Below, one piece after another: positions 50,460 to 60,065 of a stretch of DNA of 64,000 nt (within the stretch, counting starts at the first letter, position 1; every line of letters begins with the position of its first letter). Origin of the DNA: an uncultured Chloroflexia bacterium (GTDB lineage Bacteria > Chloroflexota > Limnocylindria > Limnocylindrales > CSP1-4). A program made the translations under genes and the position numbers. The stretch spans positions 640,001 through 704,000 of the forward strand of contig CAVVJT010000010.1 of NCBI GenBank assembly GCA_963748625.1, given 5' to 3'. The notes beneath the pieces were generated by a model. The model was not told the DNA's origin. It searched no databases and was given only the letters and a program-made list of their open reading frames with translations.

Positions 50460-51077
50460 CTAGAGCGCCCTCCGGCCCTGGAGCGCCCGGATGAGGGTCA
50501 CGTCATCGGCGTACTCGAGATCGCCCCCCACGGGCAGGCCGCGTGCAATACGTGTCACCGACGCGACGAGGCCGTCGAGGCGCTCGCCAAGGTACATCGC
50601 GGTCGCCTCGCCCTCGAGCGTGGGGTTGGTGGCGATGATGACCTCCTCGATCTGCGCACCGTCACGCTTCGCCTCCGCAGCCCGCTCGAGGAGCTCGCGC
50701 ACCTTGAGCCGGTCCGGTCCGATGCCGTCGATCGGGCTGATCGCGCCATGGAGGACGTGATAGCGGCCCTTGAACTCGCCCGTCCGCTCGATCGCGAGCA
50801 CATCGAGCGGCTCCTCCACGACGCACAGGCGGAGCACGTCGCGCCCGGGATCGCGGCAGATCGGACAGAGGGGGGCGTCGCTGATGTTGAAGCAGCGGTC
50901 GCAGAAGACCACCTCGTCGCGCACGGCGATCAGCGCCCGGGCGAGGGCACGCGCCTCAGCATCGGGAGCGCGGAGCAAGTGGTAGGTGAGCCGCTGCGCC
51001 GTCTTGGGTCCGATGCCCGGCAGCCGGGCAAAGGACTCGATCAGGCGTGCGACGGGTTCGATGACCGCGCCGGCCAT
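50460..51077 (-). CDS. recR: recombination mediator RecR
   Basis: LPGIGPKTAQRL, C4 zinc finger, TOPRIM YHVLHG, ATNPTLEGEATA. Confidence 0.97.
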   Translation of the reverse strand: MAGAVIEPVARLIESFARLPGIGPKTAQRLTYHLLRAPDAEARALARALIAVRDEVVFCDRCFNISDAPLCPICRDPGRDVLRLCVVEEPLDVLAIERTGEFKGRYHVLHGAISPIDGIGPDRLKVRELLERAAEAKRDGAQIEEVIIATNPTLEGEATAMYLGERLDGLVASVTRIARGLPVGGDLEYADDVTLIRALQGRRAL

Positions 51078-51087
51078 GGGCGGGCGA

Positions 51088-51393
51088 TCAGCCCAGGCCG
51101 GGGATGCGCAGGCCGGCCGTCACGGCGCCCATCCGCTGCTCGGCCATGGCCTGGGACGCGCGGAGCGCCTCGTTCACCGCAGAGGTCACGAGGTCCTGGA
51201 GCATCTCCACGTCCTCGGGGTCGACGGCTGCCGGGTCGATCGTGAGGCCCACGAGGACCTGCTTGCCGGTGACGGTGGCCTTGACGACGCCGCCGCCCGC
51301 GGACCCCTCCACCGTTGCGGTCTCCAGCTCCTCCTGGATGCGCGCCATCTGCTGCTGCATCTGCATCAGCATCTTCTGCGGGTTCATGCCCAT
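51088..51393 (-). CDS. ybaB: YbaB/EbfC nucleoid-associated protein
   Basis: GSAGGGVV, DPEDVEMLQDLV; dnaX-ybaB-recR synteny. Confidence 0.93.
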   Translation of the reverse strand: MGMNPQKMLMQMQQQMARIQEELETATVEGSAGGGVVKATVTGKQVLVGLTIDPAAVDPEDVEMLQDLVTSAVNEALRASQAMAEQRMGAVTAGLRIPGLG

Positions 51394-51476
51394 TGGCGCT
51401 GGTCCTCCAGTGCTCGTGATGTGGTGAGGGTCAGTCTCGCGCATGCGCGGCGCTCGTGCACGCCCCTGGACGGCGG

Positions 51477-53192
51477 TCAGCTGACCTCGGGGATGTCGAG
51501 CCGGTCCTCGGCGAAGATGCGGTGTGCCTCAGCCAGGATCGCGGCCGCCTCCTGGTCATCGGGAAGGGGCGGCACGAGCTCCAGGTTCGTCGCAACGAGC
51601 CGGACCCCGACCTCGTGGCCGAGGAAGGCGCCGATGCAGCTCTCGAGGAGCGGCCTGCGGCGCTCGGTCAGATCCTTGAGGAACGCCTTCTCCTCGGGGA
51701 ACCCGATGGTGACGATCCGGCCCTCGATCCCCATCGGCCGGCAGTCGACGACGGCGGCCTTGGCCGCGGGACTCCGCGCGGCGATCGCGGCCACGACCGT
51801 CGTCCAGCCGCCACGGAGGCGCTCGAGGTCATCGTCGATGGGGATCGGGGCGCCAGGAGCCGGAGGCGGCGCCGGATCGGACGGGGGGGCCGCTACCTCG
51901 GGCGGTGCGGGGTCGGGATGCGGAGTCGGGGTGACGAGGGCGGGGGTCGGGGTCGGGGCCGGGGTCGGGGCCGGGGTCGGGGCCGGGGTCGGGGCCAGGG
52001 TCGGGGCCGGGGTCGGGGCCGGGGTCGGGGCGACGGGGGCCGGGGTCGGGGCGACGGGGGCCGGGGCCGGGGCGACGGGGGCCGGGGCCGGGGTCGGGGT
52101 CGGGGCGGATGACGACGATGGCGCCACGGCAACCGGTCGGACCGCCAGAGGCGCTGAGGGAGCTGCCTCGAGCAGGGCGAGCTCCAACTGCAGCCGCAGA
52201 CCGCCGGGTCCGAGCCGCGTGGGGTCGATCGAGGCGAGCCGGCGGGCGGCGGCGGTCACCCCGGGGTTGGTCCCCGCTCCCGACGCGAGATCGGCGAGGA
52301 GCTGCGCACGCAGCGCATCGACGGCCTGGTCAAGGAAGGCTCGCAGGTCGCGACCACGCTCCTCGAGGGCATCGAGCTGGGCGATGCCGACCGCCGCGTC
52401 CCCGGTGACGAGTGCGTTCCCGAACGCCTCCACCAGCTCCCCGTCGGCGAGTCCAAGGAGCTCCCGGACAGCATCGGCCGTGATCGGCCCGGACGTGGAG
52501 GCCAGCAGCTGGTCGAGGATCGATTCGGCGTCGCGCATGCCGCCGGCAGCGAGGCCGGCGATGACGGCCACGGCGTCGGGGTCGGCTGCCCGACCATCTG
52601 CGCTGAGGATCCGCTCCAGCTTGCCGCTGATCTCGGGAATGGTCAGCCGACGCACGTCATAGCGCTGCAGGCGCGACAGGATCGCGGGAGGGAAGCCCTG
52701 CGGGTGAGTGGACGCGAACATGAAGACGACGAAGTCGGGGGGCTCCTCGAGCGACTTGAGCAACGCGTTCCACGCGTCCTTCGTGATCTGGTGCGCCTCG
52801 TCGAGGATGTAGACCTTGCGCCGCAGCTCCCCGGGCGGGTAGTTGATGCGCTCGCGCAGCTCACGGATGCTGTCGATGCCGCGGTTGGACGCGGCGTCGA
52901 TCTCGATGACGTCGAGGGTGGCCCCATCACGGATGGCCGTGCAGGCCGTGCAGCGATCGCAGGGATCGGCGTTTGCCGCGAGGTCCAGGCAGTTGACGGC
53001 CTTGGCGACGATGCGGGCCAGGGAGGTCTTGCCGGTGCCGCGCGGGCCCGTGAAGAGGAGCGCGTGCGAGACCTGGCCGGTCGCCACCGCGTTGCGCAGC
53101 GTGGCGACCACCGCCTCCTGGCCGACGATCTCGGAGAACGTCTGGGCGCGCCAGCGGCGGTAGAGGGCCTGGTGGGGTGTCCCTGTCGTCAA
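51477..53192 (-). CDS. dnaX: DNA polymerase III gamma/tau
   Basis: ALYRRWR, GPRGTGKT, EIDAASN, DEAH, LKSLEEPP, GGMRDA; TTG at 53192 after AGGAG. Confidence 0.96.
   Translation of the reverse strand: MTTGTPHQALYRRWRAQTFSEIVGQEAVVATLRNAVATGQVSHALLFTGPRGTGKTSLARIVAKAVNCLDLAANADPCDRCTACTAIRDGATLDVIEIDAASNRGIDSIRELRERINYPPGELRRKVYILDEAHQITKDAWNALLKSLEEPPDFVVFMFASTHPQGFPPAILSRLQRYDVRRLTIPEISGKLERILSADGRAADPDAVAVIAGLAAGGMRDAESILDQLLASTSGPITADAVRELLGLADGELVEAFGNALVTGDAAVGIAQLDALEERGRDLRAFLDQAVDALRAQLLADLASGAGTNPGVTAAARRLASIDPTRLGPGGLRLQLELALLEAAPSAPLAVRPVAVAPSSSSAPTPTPAPAPVAPAPAPVAPTPAPVAPTPAPTPAPTLAPTPAPTPAPTPAPTPTPALVTPTPHPDPAPPEVAAPPSDPAPPPAPGAPIPIDDDLERLRGGWTTVVAAIAARSPAAKAAVVDCRPMGIEGRIVTIGFPEEKAFLKDLTERRRPLLESCIGAFLGHEVGVRLVATNLELVPPLPDDQEAAAILAEAHRIFAEDRLDIPEVS
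51940..52105 (-). repeat. coding (PAPT/PAPV)n linker repeat in DnaX
   Basis: 12-bp units CCGGCCCCGACC. Confidence 0.85.
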
Positions 53193-53237
53193 CGTCGCTC
53201 CTGCTCGATGGGCATGGGGCGGCCGGGTTGGAGAAGT

Positions 53238-53503
53238 GCCGTGCACCCTCCGTCGATACGGACGCACCCGCGCCCAGCGGTGAGCGCGGCTCGGACCAGG
53301 CCGTTCCGCGGCACCCGGCGATCATCGCTGAGTGCTGCTTCCTTCCGGACCTGACACGGTTCACGAGTCGCCGCTGCGCGGGACCCGGTCCTCAACGTCG
53401 CGAACACCGTCGGCTCTCGAGAACGCCGACCTCGGGAGGGAATTCAGCCCTGCTGGAGCGGATTGCAGGTACAGGGCACCGCTAGTTCCCCGCCTAGCAC
53501 GGC
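53238..53503 (-). ncRNA. ffs: large (Alu-domain) bacterial SRP RNA
   Basis: TCAGGTCCGGAAGGAAGCAGC helix 8; 5' GCCGTGCTAGGCGGGGAACTAGCGGTGCCCTGTACCTGCAATCCGCT Alu; ends pair; TAGACT -10 at 53510-53515; upstream of dnaX. Confidence 0.92.
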
Positions 53504-53626
53504 GCGCAGAGTCTACCTTGGATCGTGCCCGGACAGAGCCGGGCGCGAGGAGGCGCGGACGGGCGCGAGGGTCGTGGGATGGGAGGTGTCCGCGGGGAGC
53601 AATGTGCTCGACCGGCGAAGAGGGGC

Positions 53627-53714
53627 TGGCGGAGAGGGCGGGATTTGAACCCGCGATGGGTTGCCCCATACCGCATTTCCAGTGCGGCGCCCTAGGCCAC
53701 TAGGCGACCTCTCC
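53627..53714 (-). tRNA. tRNA-Ser(GGA)
   Basis: 88 nt, long variable arm, loop CTGGAAA, GCCA end; TG-N-TATTCT upstream. Confidence 0.95.
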
Positions 53715-53731
53715 GCCGCCAAGAATAGCAA

Positions 53732-53757
53732 GACCCGACGAGTTGCCTCGTCGGGTC
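53732..53757 (-). terminator. hairpin between the tRNA-Ser genes
   Basis: GACCCGACGAG / CTCGTCGGGTC followed by TTGCTATT. Confidence 0.55.
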
Positions 53758-53774
53758 CATCAGCTGGGCACCTG

Positions 53775-53862
53775 TGGCGGAGAGGGTGGGATTCGAACCC
53801 ACGCTAGCTCTCGCTAGACCGCTTTTCGAGAGCGGCACCATCAACCACTCGGACACCTCTCC
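53775..53862 (-). tRNA. tRNA-Ser(CGA)
   Basis: 88 nt, long variable arm, loop CTCGAAA, GCCA end; TG-N-TATCCT upstream. Confidence 0.95.
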
Positions 53863-53951
53863 GCCGCGAAGGATAGCAAAGGCTTCGGGGCGTGCCGCGC
53901 GGGGCGATGCCGCGGAGCCCCATGGGACGCAGGCGGGTCCGAGGCCGGGGG

Positions 53952-55109
53952 TCAGGGCGTGCTGGCGTACGGGGCAGGCCACCGACGCATGGCGATGACC
54001 GCACCCACCGGCGTGGCGATCGCGGCCACCGCGAGCACGGCGGACACCGAGCCTGTCGCAGTCACCAGCGGCAGGCCCGCGGCGGCGACCAGGAGGGAGC
54101 CGACCGCGCCGGTGGCAAAGTGCAGGGCAGAGGCCGCCGCCTGGCGGTCCGGCGGAGCGGAGGCCAGCACGGCGGCGAGCGAGGGGAGCGCGGTCCAGGC
54201 GAACCCGGCCCCGAACAGCAGCCTTGCCGCGACAAGGAATGACGGCGTCGGGGCAAGGGCGGTGAGCAGGCCCGAGACCGCCAGGAGCAGGCCGGCGACC
54301 AGGAACATGCGCCGGCCACCGAGCACCCGCAGCACGACAGGCACAGCGAGGAAGGCGGGCACCTCGACGATCGTCCCCGCCGCGATCGCGAGGCCGATCT
54401 CCCAGCCGGAGCCACCGAGCTCCGCGATCCGCGGTCCGGTGAAGATCGTCGGGGCACTCGCGCCGGCGTAGACGACCGCGAGCGCGGCCAGGAACACTGG
54501 CGAGCGGCCCACCCCGGTCCGGACCGCACGGATCATGCTCTCGCCGCCGGCCTCCGCCAACCCGGTGCCCCGGCGCAGCTCGCTGCCCAGGCGCACGGCG
54601 ACCACCGCCGCCGTCGCGGCGCACAGGCCCGCCCCGAAAATCCCCGGCGCGGCCCATGCGAGTCCCGAGAAGGAGACGGCCGCCCCGACGATGAGGGCCG
54701 CAAGGATGTACCCGGTGGAGGCGCCGACCCGCACGCGTGCGTACTTGGTGCGACTCCCCTCGAACCGCGCCAGGGCCAGGGAGTCGGCGAGCGGCGCGAA
54801 CGCCGAGGACACCATCGACCAGGCGAGGAACGAGACGATCAGCACCCACAGCACGCCTGCGGCGTGGCCGAATGCCGCGGGCACGCCCGCCAGGAAGGCG
54901 ACCACGAGGATCCGCCTTCGTCCATGCCGGTCCCCAAGGCGTCCCCACGTGGGGGCGGCGATGAGCGTCAGGATCGCCGCTGCGGCGGCCAGCGGCCCCA
55001 CGAGCGCTGCCGGCAGTCCAGCGTTGATCAGGAGAACAGCCGCGAACGGACCGATCGCGCCATAGCTGGACCCGCGGAGCAGGAAGAGGGCGAGGAGGCG
55101 GAGCGTCAT
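53952..55109 (-). CDS. MFS transporter
   Basis: ~12 hydrophobic segments, motif A WGRLGDRHGRR; ATG at 55109. Confidence 0.88.
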   Translation of the reverse strand: MTLRLLALFLLRGSSYGAIGPFAAVLLINAGLPAALVGPLAAAAAILTLIAAPTWGRLGDRHGRRRILVVAFLAGVPAAFGHAAGVLWVLIVSFLAWSMVSSAFAPLADSLALARFEGSRTKYARVRVGASTGYILAALIVGAAVSFSGLAWAAPGIFGAGLCAATAAVVAVRLGSELRRGTGLAEAGGESMIRAVRTGVGRSPVFLAALAVVYAGASAPTIFTGPRIAELGGSGWEIGLAIAAGTIVEVPAFLAVPVVLRVLGGRRMFLVAGLLLAVSGLLTALAPTPSFLVAARLLFGAGFAWTALPSLAAVLASAPPDRQAAASALHFATGAVGSLLVAAAGLPLVTATGSVSAVLAVAAIATPVGAVIAMRRWPAPYASTP

Positions 55110-55134
55110 CTGCTGAGCCGTCGCGTGGGAGCGA

Positions 55135-55581
55135 TCAAGCCCCCACCGATGCCTCCTGGCCTGCAAGCTCCTCAGCCTCGGCGCGACAGATCCCGGAGAC
55201 CACCTCGAGGCGGCGCCCGAGGGCCGGGTGCCGGGCCAGCTGGACCACCGTGCCGGCAGCGCCCGAGACAGGATTCGGGGCGGCGTACACCAGCATTGCG
55301 GCATCACATTCGAGGAGGGCGCCAACGCACATGGGACAGGGCTCGAGGGTGGTGAAGATGGCGATGTCCGAGAGACGCGGCGTGCCGAGCTTGCGGGCGG
55401 CCTCGCGAAGCACCGCGACGACCGCGTGGGCGGTCGGGTCCGCGCCATCGCCCGCCGCACAGGACCCGCGGGCCACCATCGCGTCGTTGAGTACCGCCAC
55501 CGCGCCGACCGCAGGGGCACCCCGGGCGGCGGCGGCCCGGGCCTCCGCGAGCGCCTCCCCCATGAACAGCGCGTAGTTCAT
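55135..55581 (-). CDS. TadA-like deaminase-fold protein lacking catalytic Glu
   Basis: FMGEAL, VGAV, DPTAHAV, TLEPCPMCVGA, GAAGTV; next to tRNA-Ser/ffs/dnaX like tadA. Confidence 0.88.
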   Translation of the reverse strand: MNYALFMGEALAEARAAAARGAPAVGAVAVLNDAMVARGSCAAGDGADPTAHAVVAVLREAARKLGTPRLSDIAIFTTLEPCPMCVGALLECDAAMLVYAAPNPVSGAAGTVVQLARHPALGRRLEVVSGICRAEAEELAGQEASVGA

Positions 55582-55746
55582 GCAATCGATGATAACCACT
55601 TGGCCGTCGCGCTACGATGACCCTGAACCGTGCCGCATCCCCGGCGCAGCAAGCGCCGGCCCGCATCGTGGCGTGCGATGCGCGCTCCCGGACGGCACCT
55701 CGCTATCCCCCCGGCCGGCGGCCGGGGCCAACCGGAGCCTCCACGC

Positions 55747-56937
55747 ATGGCTGCACCCCAGCGCATCGGAATCCTGACCGGCGGCGGCGACGTCCCCGGC
55801 CTCAACGCGGTCATCAAGAGCGTCGTCTACCGGGCGACCGACCTCGGGTACGAGGTCCTCGGCATCCGCCGTGGCTGGGAGGGCCTGACCCACCAGCGCC
55901 GCAGTCCCGAGCTGGACCCGGAATACGTGCGGATCCTGGACCGGATCAACACCCGGACCATCGACCGGACCGGCGGCACGATCCTGCACTCCTCGCGCAC
56001 GAACCCGCGCAAGATGCGGGCGAAGTCCTTCCCCGCCTGGCTGGACCCGAAGACGGTCGCCGGCAAGGAGACCGCGGAAGGTGTCTTCGATCTCACCGAC
56101 CATGTCCTCGACACGATCGAGCACCTTGGCCTGACGCACCTCGTCACCATCGGCGGCGACGACACGCTCTCCTTCTCGTCCGTCCTCTACGGGCGCGGCC
56201 TGCCGCTCGTCGCGATCCCCAAGACGATGGACAACGACGTCAACGGGACCGAGTACTGCATCGGCTTCTCGTCTGCGATCACCCGGGCGAAGGAGGTCCT
56301 CAACCGCCAGCGCACGACCCTCGGGTCGCACGAACGCATCGGCGTGTTCCGCATCTTCGGCCGGGATGCCGGCTTCACTGCGCTCTACACGGCGTACGTG
56401 ACCAGCACCCGGGCGGTCATCCCCGAGTTCAACTACGACATCAAGGCCCTGGCGGAGGTGCTCAAGGAGGACCACCGCAACAACCCGTCGCGCTACGCCA
56501 TCGTGATCACCGCCGAGGGCGCGATGTGGGAAGGCGGCCACATGCAGGAGACGGGCGAGGCTGACGCCTTCGGACACCGGCACAAGATGAACGTGGGCGA
56601 GGTCCTCGCGTCGGAGCTCAAGAGCCTGACCGGCATCGAGTCGGTTGCGTCCGACCTCACCTACGACCTGCGCTCGGGCGAGCCGGACATGCTTGATTCG
56701 ATGGTCGCCTCGACCTTCGCCAACGTGGCGATGGACCTCATCCGTGACGGCATCGGCGGGCGCATGGTCGCCATCCGTGACGGCAAGTACAGCCACGTGT
56801 CCCTGGCCGAGACGGGCAAGCCGCCGCGCCGCGTCCAGCTCGACGCCTACGACCTGGAGCGCTTCCGCCCGAAGTACTCGGACAAGCTGGGCTCGCCGCT
56901 CCTGCTGACCCCGTCGCTGGGGCCGGTGGTCGACTGA
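55747..56937 (+). CDS. 6-phosphofructokinase, probably PPi-dependent
   Basis: GILTGGGDVPGLN, GGTIL, GGDD, PKTMDND (Asp/Lys signature of PPi-PFK). Confidence 0.9.
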   Translation: MAAPQRIGILTGGGDVPGLNAVIKSVVYRATDLGYEVLGIRRGWEGLTHQRRSPELDPEYVRILDRINTRTIDRTGGTILHSSRTNPRKMRAKSFPAWLDPKTVAGKETAEGVFDLTDHVLDTIEHLGLTHLVTIGGDDTLSFSSVLYGRGLPLVAIPKTMDNDVNGTEYCIGFSSAITRAKEVLNRQRTTLGSHERIGVFRIFGRDAGFTALYTAYVTSTRAVIPEFNYDIKALAEVLKEDHRNNPSRYAIVITAEGAMWEGGHMQETGEADAFGHRHKMNVGEVLASELKSLTGIESVASDLTYDLRSGEPDMLDSMVASTFANVAMDLIRDGIGGRMVAIRDGKYSHVSLAETGKPPRRVQLDAYDLERFRPKYSDKLGSPLLLTPSLGPVVD

Positions 56938-56982
56938 GATCCCCCGCCCGGCAGGCGCCGGGCGAACCCTCGTGGAGCCCTC

Positions 56983-57008
56983 GACGGGCCGCCTTCGGGC
57001 GGCCCGTT
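56983..57008. terminator. hairpin between convergent genes
   Basis: GACGGGCCGCC-TTCG-GGCGGCCCGTT. Confidence 0.5.
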
Positions 57009-57022
57009 GGATTCCCGGCGTC

Positions 57023-57904
57023 CTAGCCCTCCATACCGGAGAGCTGGCGGATGGCGCGCGCGAGGTTCGACATGTCCTCGTCGCCGTAGCCGCGGGCGAC
57101 CAGCCCTGCCTCCAGCTGCGCCGCAAGGGCGGCGAGCGGCAACACGGTGCCCGTCTCCTTGCCCAGCTCCATCGCGATGCCGAGATCCTTGAGATGGAGC
57201 GCGGTCCGGAAGCCCAGCGGATAGTCGTTGGCGATCATCTTGCCGCTGCGGTTGGCCAGGATCCAGGAGCCGGCCACGCCACCGCCGAGCGCCTGGGCGG
57301 TTGCCACCGGGTCGAGCCCCGCCTTCATGGCGAGGACCATGCCCTCGGCAACCGCGAGGTACACGCCCGCGATCATCACCTGGTTGACGGCCTTGACCGC
57401 CTGGCCTGCGCCTGCAGGGCCGAAATGGGTGATGGTCGTGCCCATCGCCGCGAGCACCGGCCGGGCGCGCTCCACATCCTCCGGCTCGCCGCCCACGAAG
57501 ATGGTGAGCGTGCCCTTGCGGGCCCCCTCGGACCCGCCGGACACAGGCGCATCCACGAACCCGATGCCGCGCTCGCGCAGGCGGGCAGCGAACGCGCGCG
57601 TCGCCCCGGGCGAGATGGTTGAGACGTCGATCACCAGGCTGCCCGCCGCGAGCCCCTCCACGATGCCGCCGGCGCCGAACAGCACCGCCTCGACATCCGG
57701 CGTGTCGGAGACACAGGTCAGCGCCACGGTTGCGTCCCGGGCCGCGTCAGCTGCCGTTGCAGCCTCGACTGCTCCCAGGGCCACGACGTCCGCCGCCCTG
57801 CCCGGCGTGCGGTTCCAGACGGTGACCTCGAACCCTGCCTTGCGGAGGTTGGCGGACATCGCCGACCCCATGGTGCCCATGCCTGCGAATGCGATCCGCT
57901 CCAC
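57023..57904 (-). CDS. beta-hydroxyacid dehydrogenase (3-hydroxyisobutyrate / tartronate semialdehyde reductase family)
   Basis: GMGTMG, WNRT, DAPVSGG, KAVNQ, KDL. Confidence 0.92.
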   Translation of the reverse strand: MERIAFAGMGTMGSAMSANLRKAGFEVTVWNRTPGRAADVVALGAVEAATAADAARDATVALTCVSDTPDVEAVLFGAGGIVEGLAAGSLVIDVSTISPGATRAFAARLRERGIGFVDAPVSGGSEGARKGTLTIFVGGEPEDVERARPVLAAMGTTITHFGPAGAGQAVKAVNQVMIAGVYLAVAEGMVLAMKAGLDPVATAQALGGGVAGSWILANRSGKMIANDYPLGFRTALHLKDLGIAMELGKETGTVLPLAALAAQLEAGLVARGYGDEDMSNLARAIRQLSGMEG

Positions 57905-57999
57905 TGGTGCCTCCTTCGGTCTGACGGCGAAGCGTACCGGGGGCGGGTGCCCGCGCGACCGCCATTCCGGTCAGGCTCCGGCCGCGTACGATGCGCTCC

Positions 58000-58671
58000 A
58001 TGGATGCGCTGGGATTCGATCGACGCAAGTTGGGAACCGGTCTGCTCGCCTTCGGCTTGACGGGGGTGCTGCTCGCGGGGGTCATCGCCACCGCTCTCGT
58101 CGGCGGTGCGGTTGCCGCCCGCAACCTCGATGAGCGGTTGATCGCGGACCAGGAGCGGCTCGCAGGCGCGCTCACCCGTCTCACGGTATCCATGGAGTCG
58201 CTCGCCCTGACGACCGAGCACGCTGGTGACACGCTGGCCACCTCGGCCTCCACGGTCGCGGAGGCCCAGCTGGTCCTGCAGGACACCGCGAGTGCGGCGG
58301 GGGCGCTCGCCTCGGCGCTGGACATCTCCATCCTGGGCAGCAAGCCGTTCGCCGGTGCCTCGGACAGGCTGAGCGCGCTGGCCCTCCGCCTCGCCGACTT
58401 CGAGGGTCAGGCGGGCGGACTCGCGCTCAACCTGGACACGAACGCCACGGATGCGGCGGCGATGACCGAGCAGGTCCGCCAGCTCAAGGTCCAGATCCAG
58501 GAGCTGGCCACGACCGTCGCCGACTTCGACCGGATCGACCAGGTCGTGGGCCTGCTCATCGGCGGCATCGTGCTGGCTGGGGCGCTCGTGGCCTGGGTGG
58601 CGGTGGGTGCGGCGATCTGCGCGTGGATCGGCTGGCGGCTCCGCCGGGGCCCACCCGCGATGCCCGCCTGA
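58000..58671 (+). CDS. hypothetical 2-TM protein with helical extracytoplasmic region
   Basis: N- and C-terminal TM helices around an Ala-rich coiled coil; ATG 7 nt after TACGAT. Confidence 0.75.
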   Translation: MDALGFDRRKLGTGLLAFGLTGVLLAGVIATALVGGAVAARNLDERLIADQERLAGALTRLTVSMESLALTTEHAGDTLATSASTVAEAQLVLQDTASAAGALASALDISILGSKPFAGASDRLSALALRLADFEGQAGGLALNLDTNATDAAAMTEQVRQLKVQIQELATTVADFDRIDQVVGLLIGGIVLAGALVAWVAVGAAICAWIGWRLRRGPPAMPA

Positions 58672-58726
58672 CGGCGGAGGTCCGCGTCGGTGGGTGCGCT
58701 CCCCCTCGTCCGGGAGTGCGCTCAGC

Positions 58727-59926
58727 TCAGCGCGTCAGGCGCGCCTGGAGGCTGGCTGCGGTGACATGCTCGCCGCGCAGGGCGGGCAGGATGACGTCCT
58801 CCACCATGCGCTCCGTGGCTCGACCGTCGGCGACGTCGAAGTTGGCCGCAGCGAATGCCCGCACCCGCTCGAGGTCCCATGCGCCGTCGCGGATCGCGGC
58901 CGCGAGGCCGGCCGTGTCCTCGAAGATCGGGCCAGGGGCGTCGCGCCGGAAGTCGAAGTAGAACCCGCGCTCGATGTCGTACGCGTCCTCATCGGGGGCG
59001 AGGAACAGGATCGGTCGACCGAGGAGCGCGAACTCGTAGATGACGCTGGAGTAGTCCGAGACGAGGATGTCCGCGATGAGCATGAGCTCGTTGACGTCCG
59101 GATAGCCACACGCGTCGACCGCGAAGCCCGCGAGATGGGGAGGGATGACCAGGCCCTCGCGCACGAACGGGTGCAGCTTGAGCAGCACCAGGTACCCGTC
59201 GCCAAGGGTGCGGGACATCTCCTCGAGGTCGAGCAGGTTCTCGTAGCGGGCCCTGCCGACGGTCTCGCCCCGGAACGTCGGGGCGTACAGCACGACCTTG
59301 CGGCCGGCGGCCTGGGGGAATGCCGCGCGGGCGCGGCTCTCCGCCGTGGCCCGCCGGTCGGGGTCAGTGAGGATGTCCGTGCGGGCCATGCCGACCGCCG
59401 AGCAGAAGATCTCGGGCGAGGAGTTGAACGCCTCCGCGTAGTGCGGCGCGACGTTCATCGACGACACGAGCGCGATGCTGTAGTTGGAGTGGATCGCGAC
59501 CTTCCGGACCAGGTCCTCGTCAGCGCCAAAGGACTTGTCGAGGACGCTGTAGCCGAACTTCTTGAAGGCCCCGGCGGCGTGCCAGACCTGGACCCGCAGC
59601 GTGCCCTTGCGCGGCGTGACGACGTACATGGGGAAGAAGTAGTCGTCCACCAGCGTGACGCGCGCATTCGCCAGGTGGTAGCCGCTGCGCACCGACGCCC
59701 ACAACGGTCCGAAGCGCCCGAGCACCCGGCCGCGCGTGAGCGTGATCTCGACCACCTTGGCCTCGGGGTGGCGGCGAACGAGCTCCTCGCGCACGAAGGC
59801 GAGGTTGCCGGTCAGGCGCGGCAGATGGGACGTCGCGAACACGACCGTGGGCTTCGTGGGCAGGATGCTGCCGACGGCGAAGCCGACGCGCGACAGGAAG
59901 GTCCGTGCGACCCGACGACGGCTCAC
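58727..59926 (-). CDS. CDP-glycerol/ribitol phosphotransferase (TagB/TagF/TarK family)
   Basis: VQVWHAAGAFKKFG, RTD, LYAPTFRG, KLHP, SDYSSVIYEF; start inferred. Confidence 0.9.
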   Translation of the reverse strand: MSRRRVARTFLSRVGFAVGSILPTKPTVVFATSHLPRLTGNLAFVREELVRRHPEAKVVEITLTRGRVLGRFGPLWASVRSGYHLANARVTLVDDYFFPMYVVTPRKGTLRVQVWHAAGAFKKFGYSVLDKSFGADEDLVRKVAIHSNYSIALVSSMNVAPHYAEAFNSSPEIFCSAVGMARTDILTDPDRRATAESRARAAFPQAAGRKVVLYAPTFRGETVGRARYENLLDLEEMSRTLGDGYLVLLKLHPFVREGLVIPPHLAGFAVDACGYPDVNELMLIADILVSDYSSVIYEFALLGRPILFLAPDEDAYDIERGFYFDFRRDAPGPIFEDTAGLAAAIRDGAWDLERVRAFAAANFDVADGRATERMVEDVILPALRGEHVTAASLQARLTR

Positions 59927-60065
59927 GGCAGCAGGGCTCGATGCATCGGCGGCATGATACCGGCAGCGTCGGTGCGCGACCCCGCAGGACCGGGCTACCC
60001 TGTCCCAGCGCCGATCATGCGTCCGCGCACCACAGTCCGTCGGTCCCCGCAGGAGCTCCTCCCGC

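Noticed and set aside
51477-53192. Programmed dnaX frameshift
   Set aside because: No A-AAA-AAG or poly-A slippery site seen; the PAPT repeat is an ordinary linker.
53627-53960. tRNA-Ser as an integration site for an island
   Set aside because: No integrase, no duplicated tRNA 3' fragment and no compositional shift.
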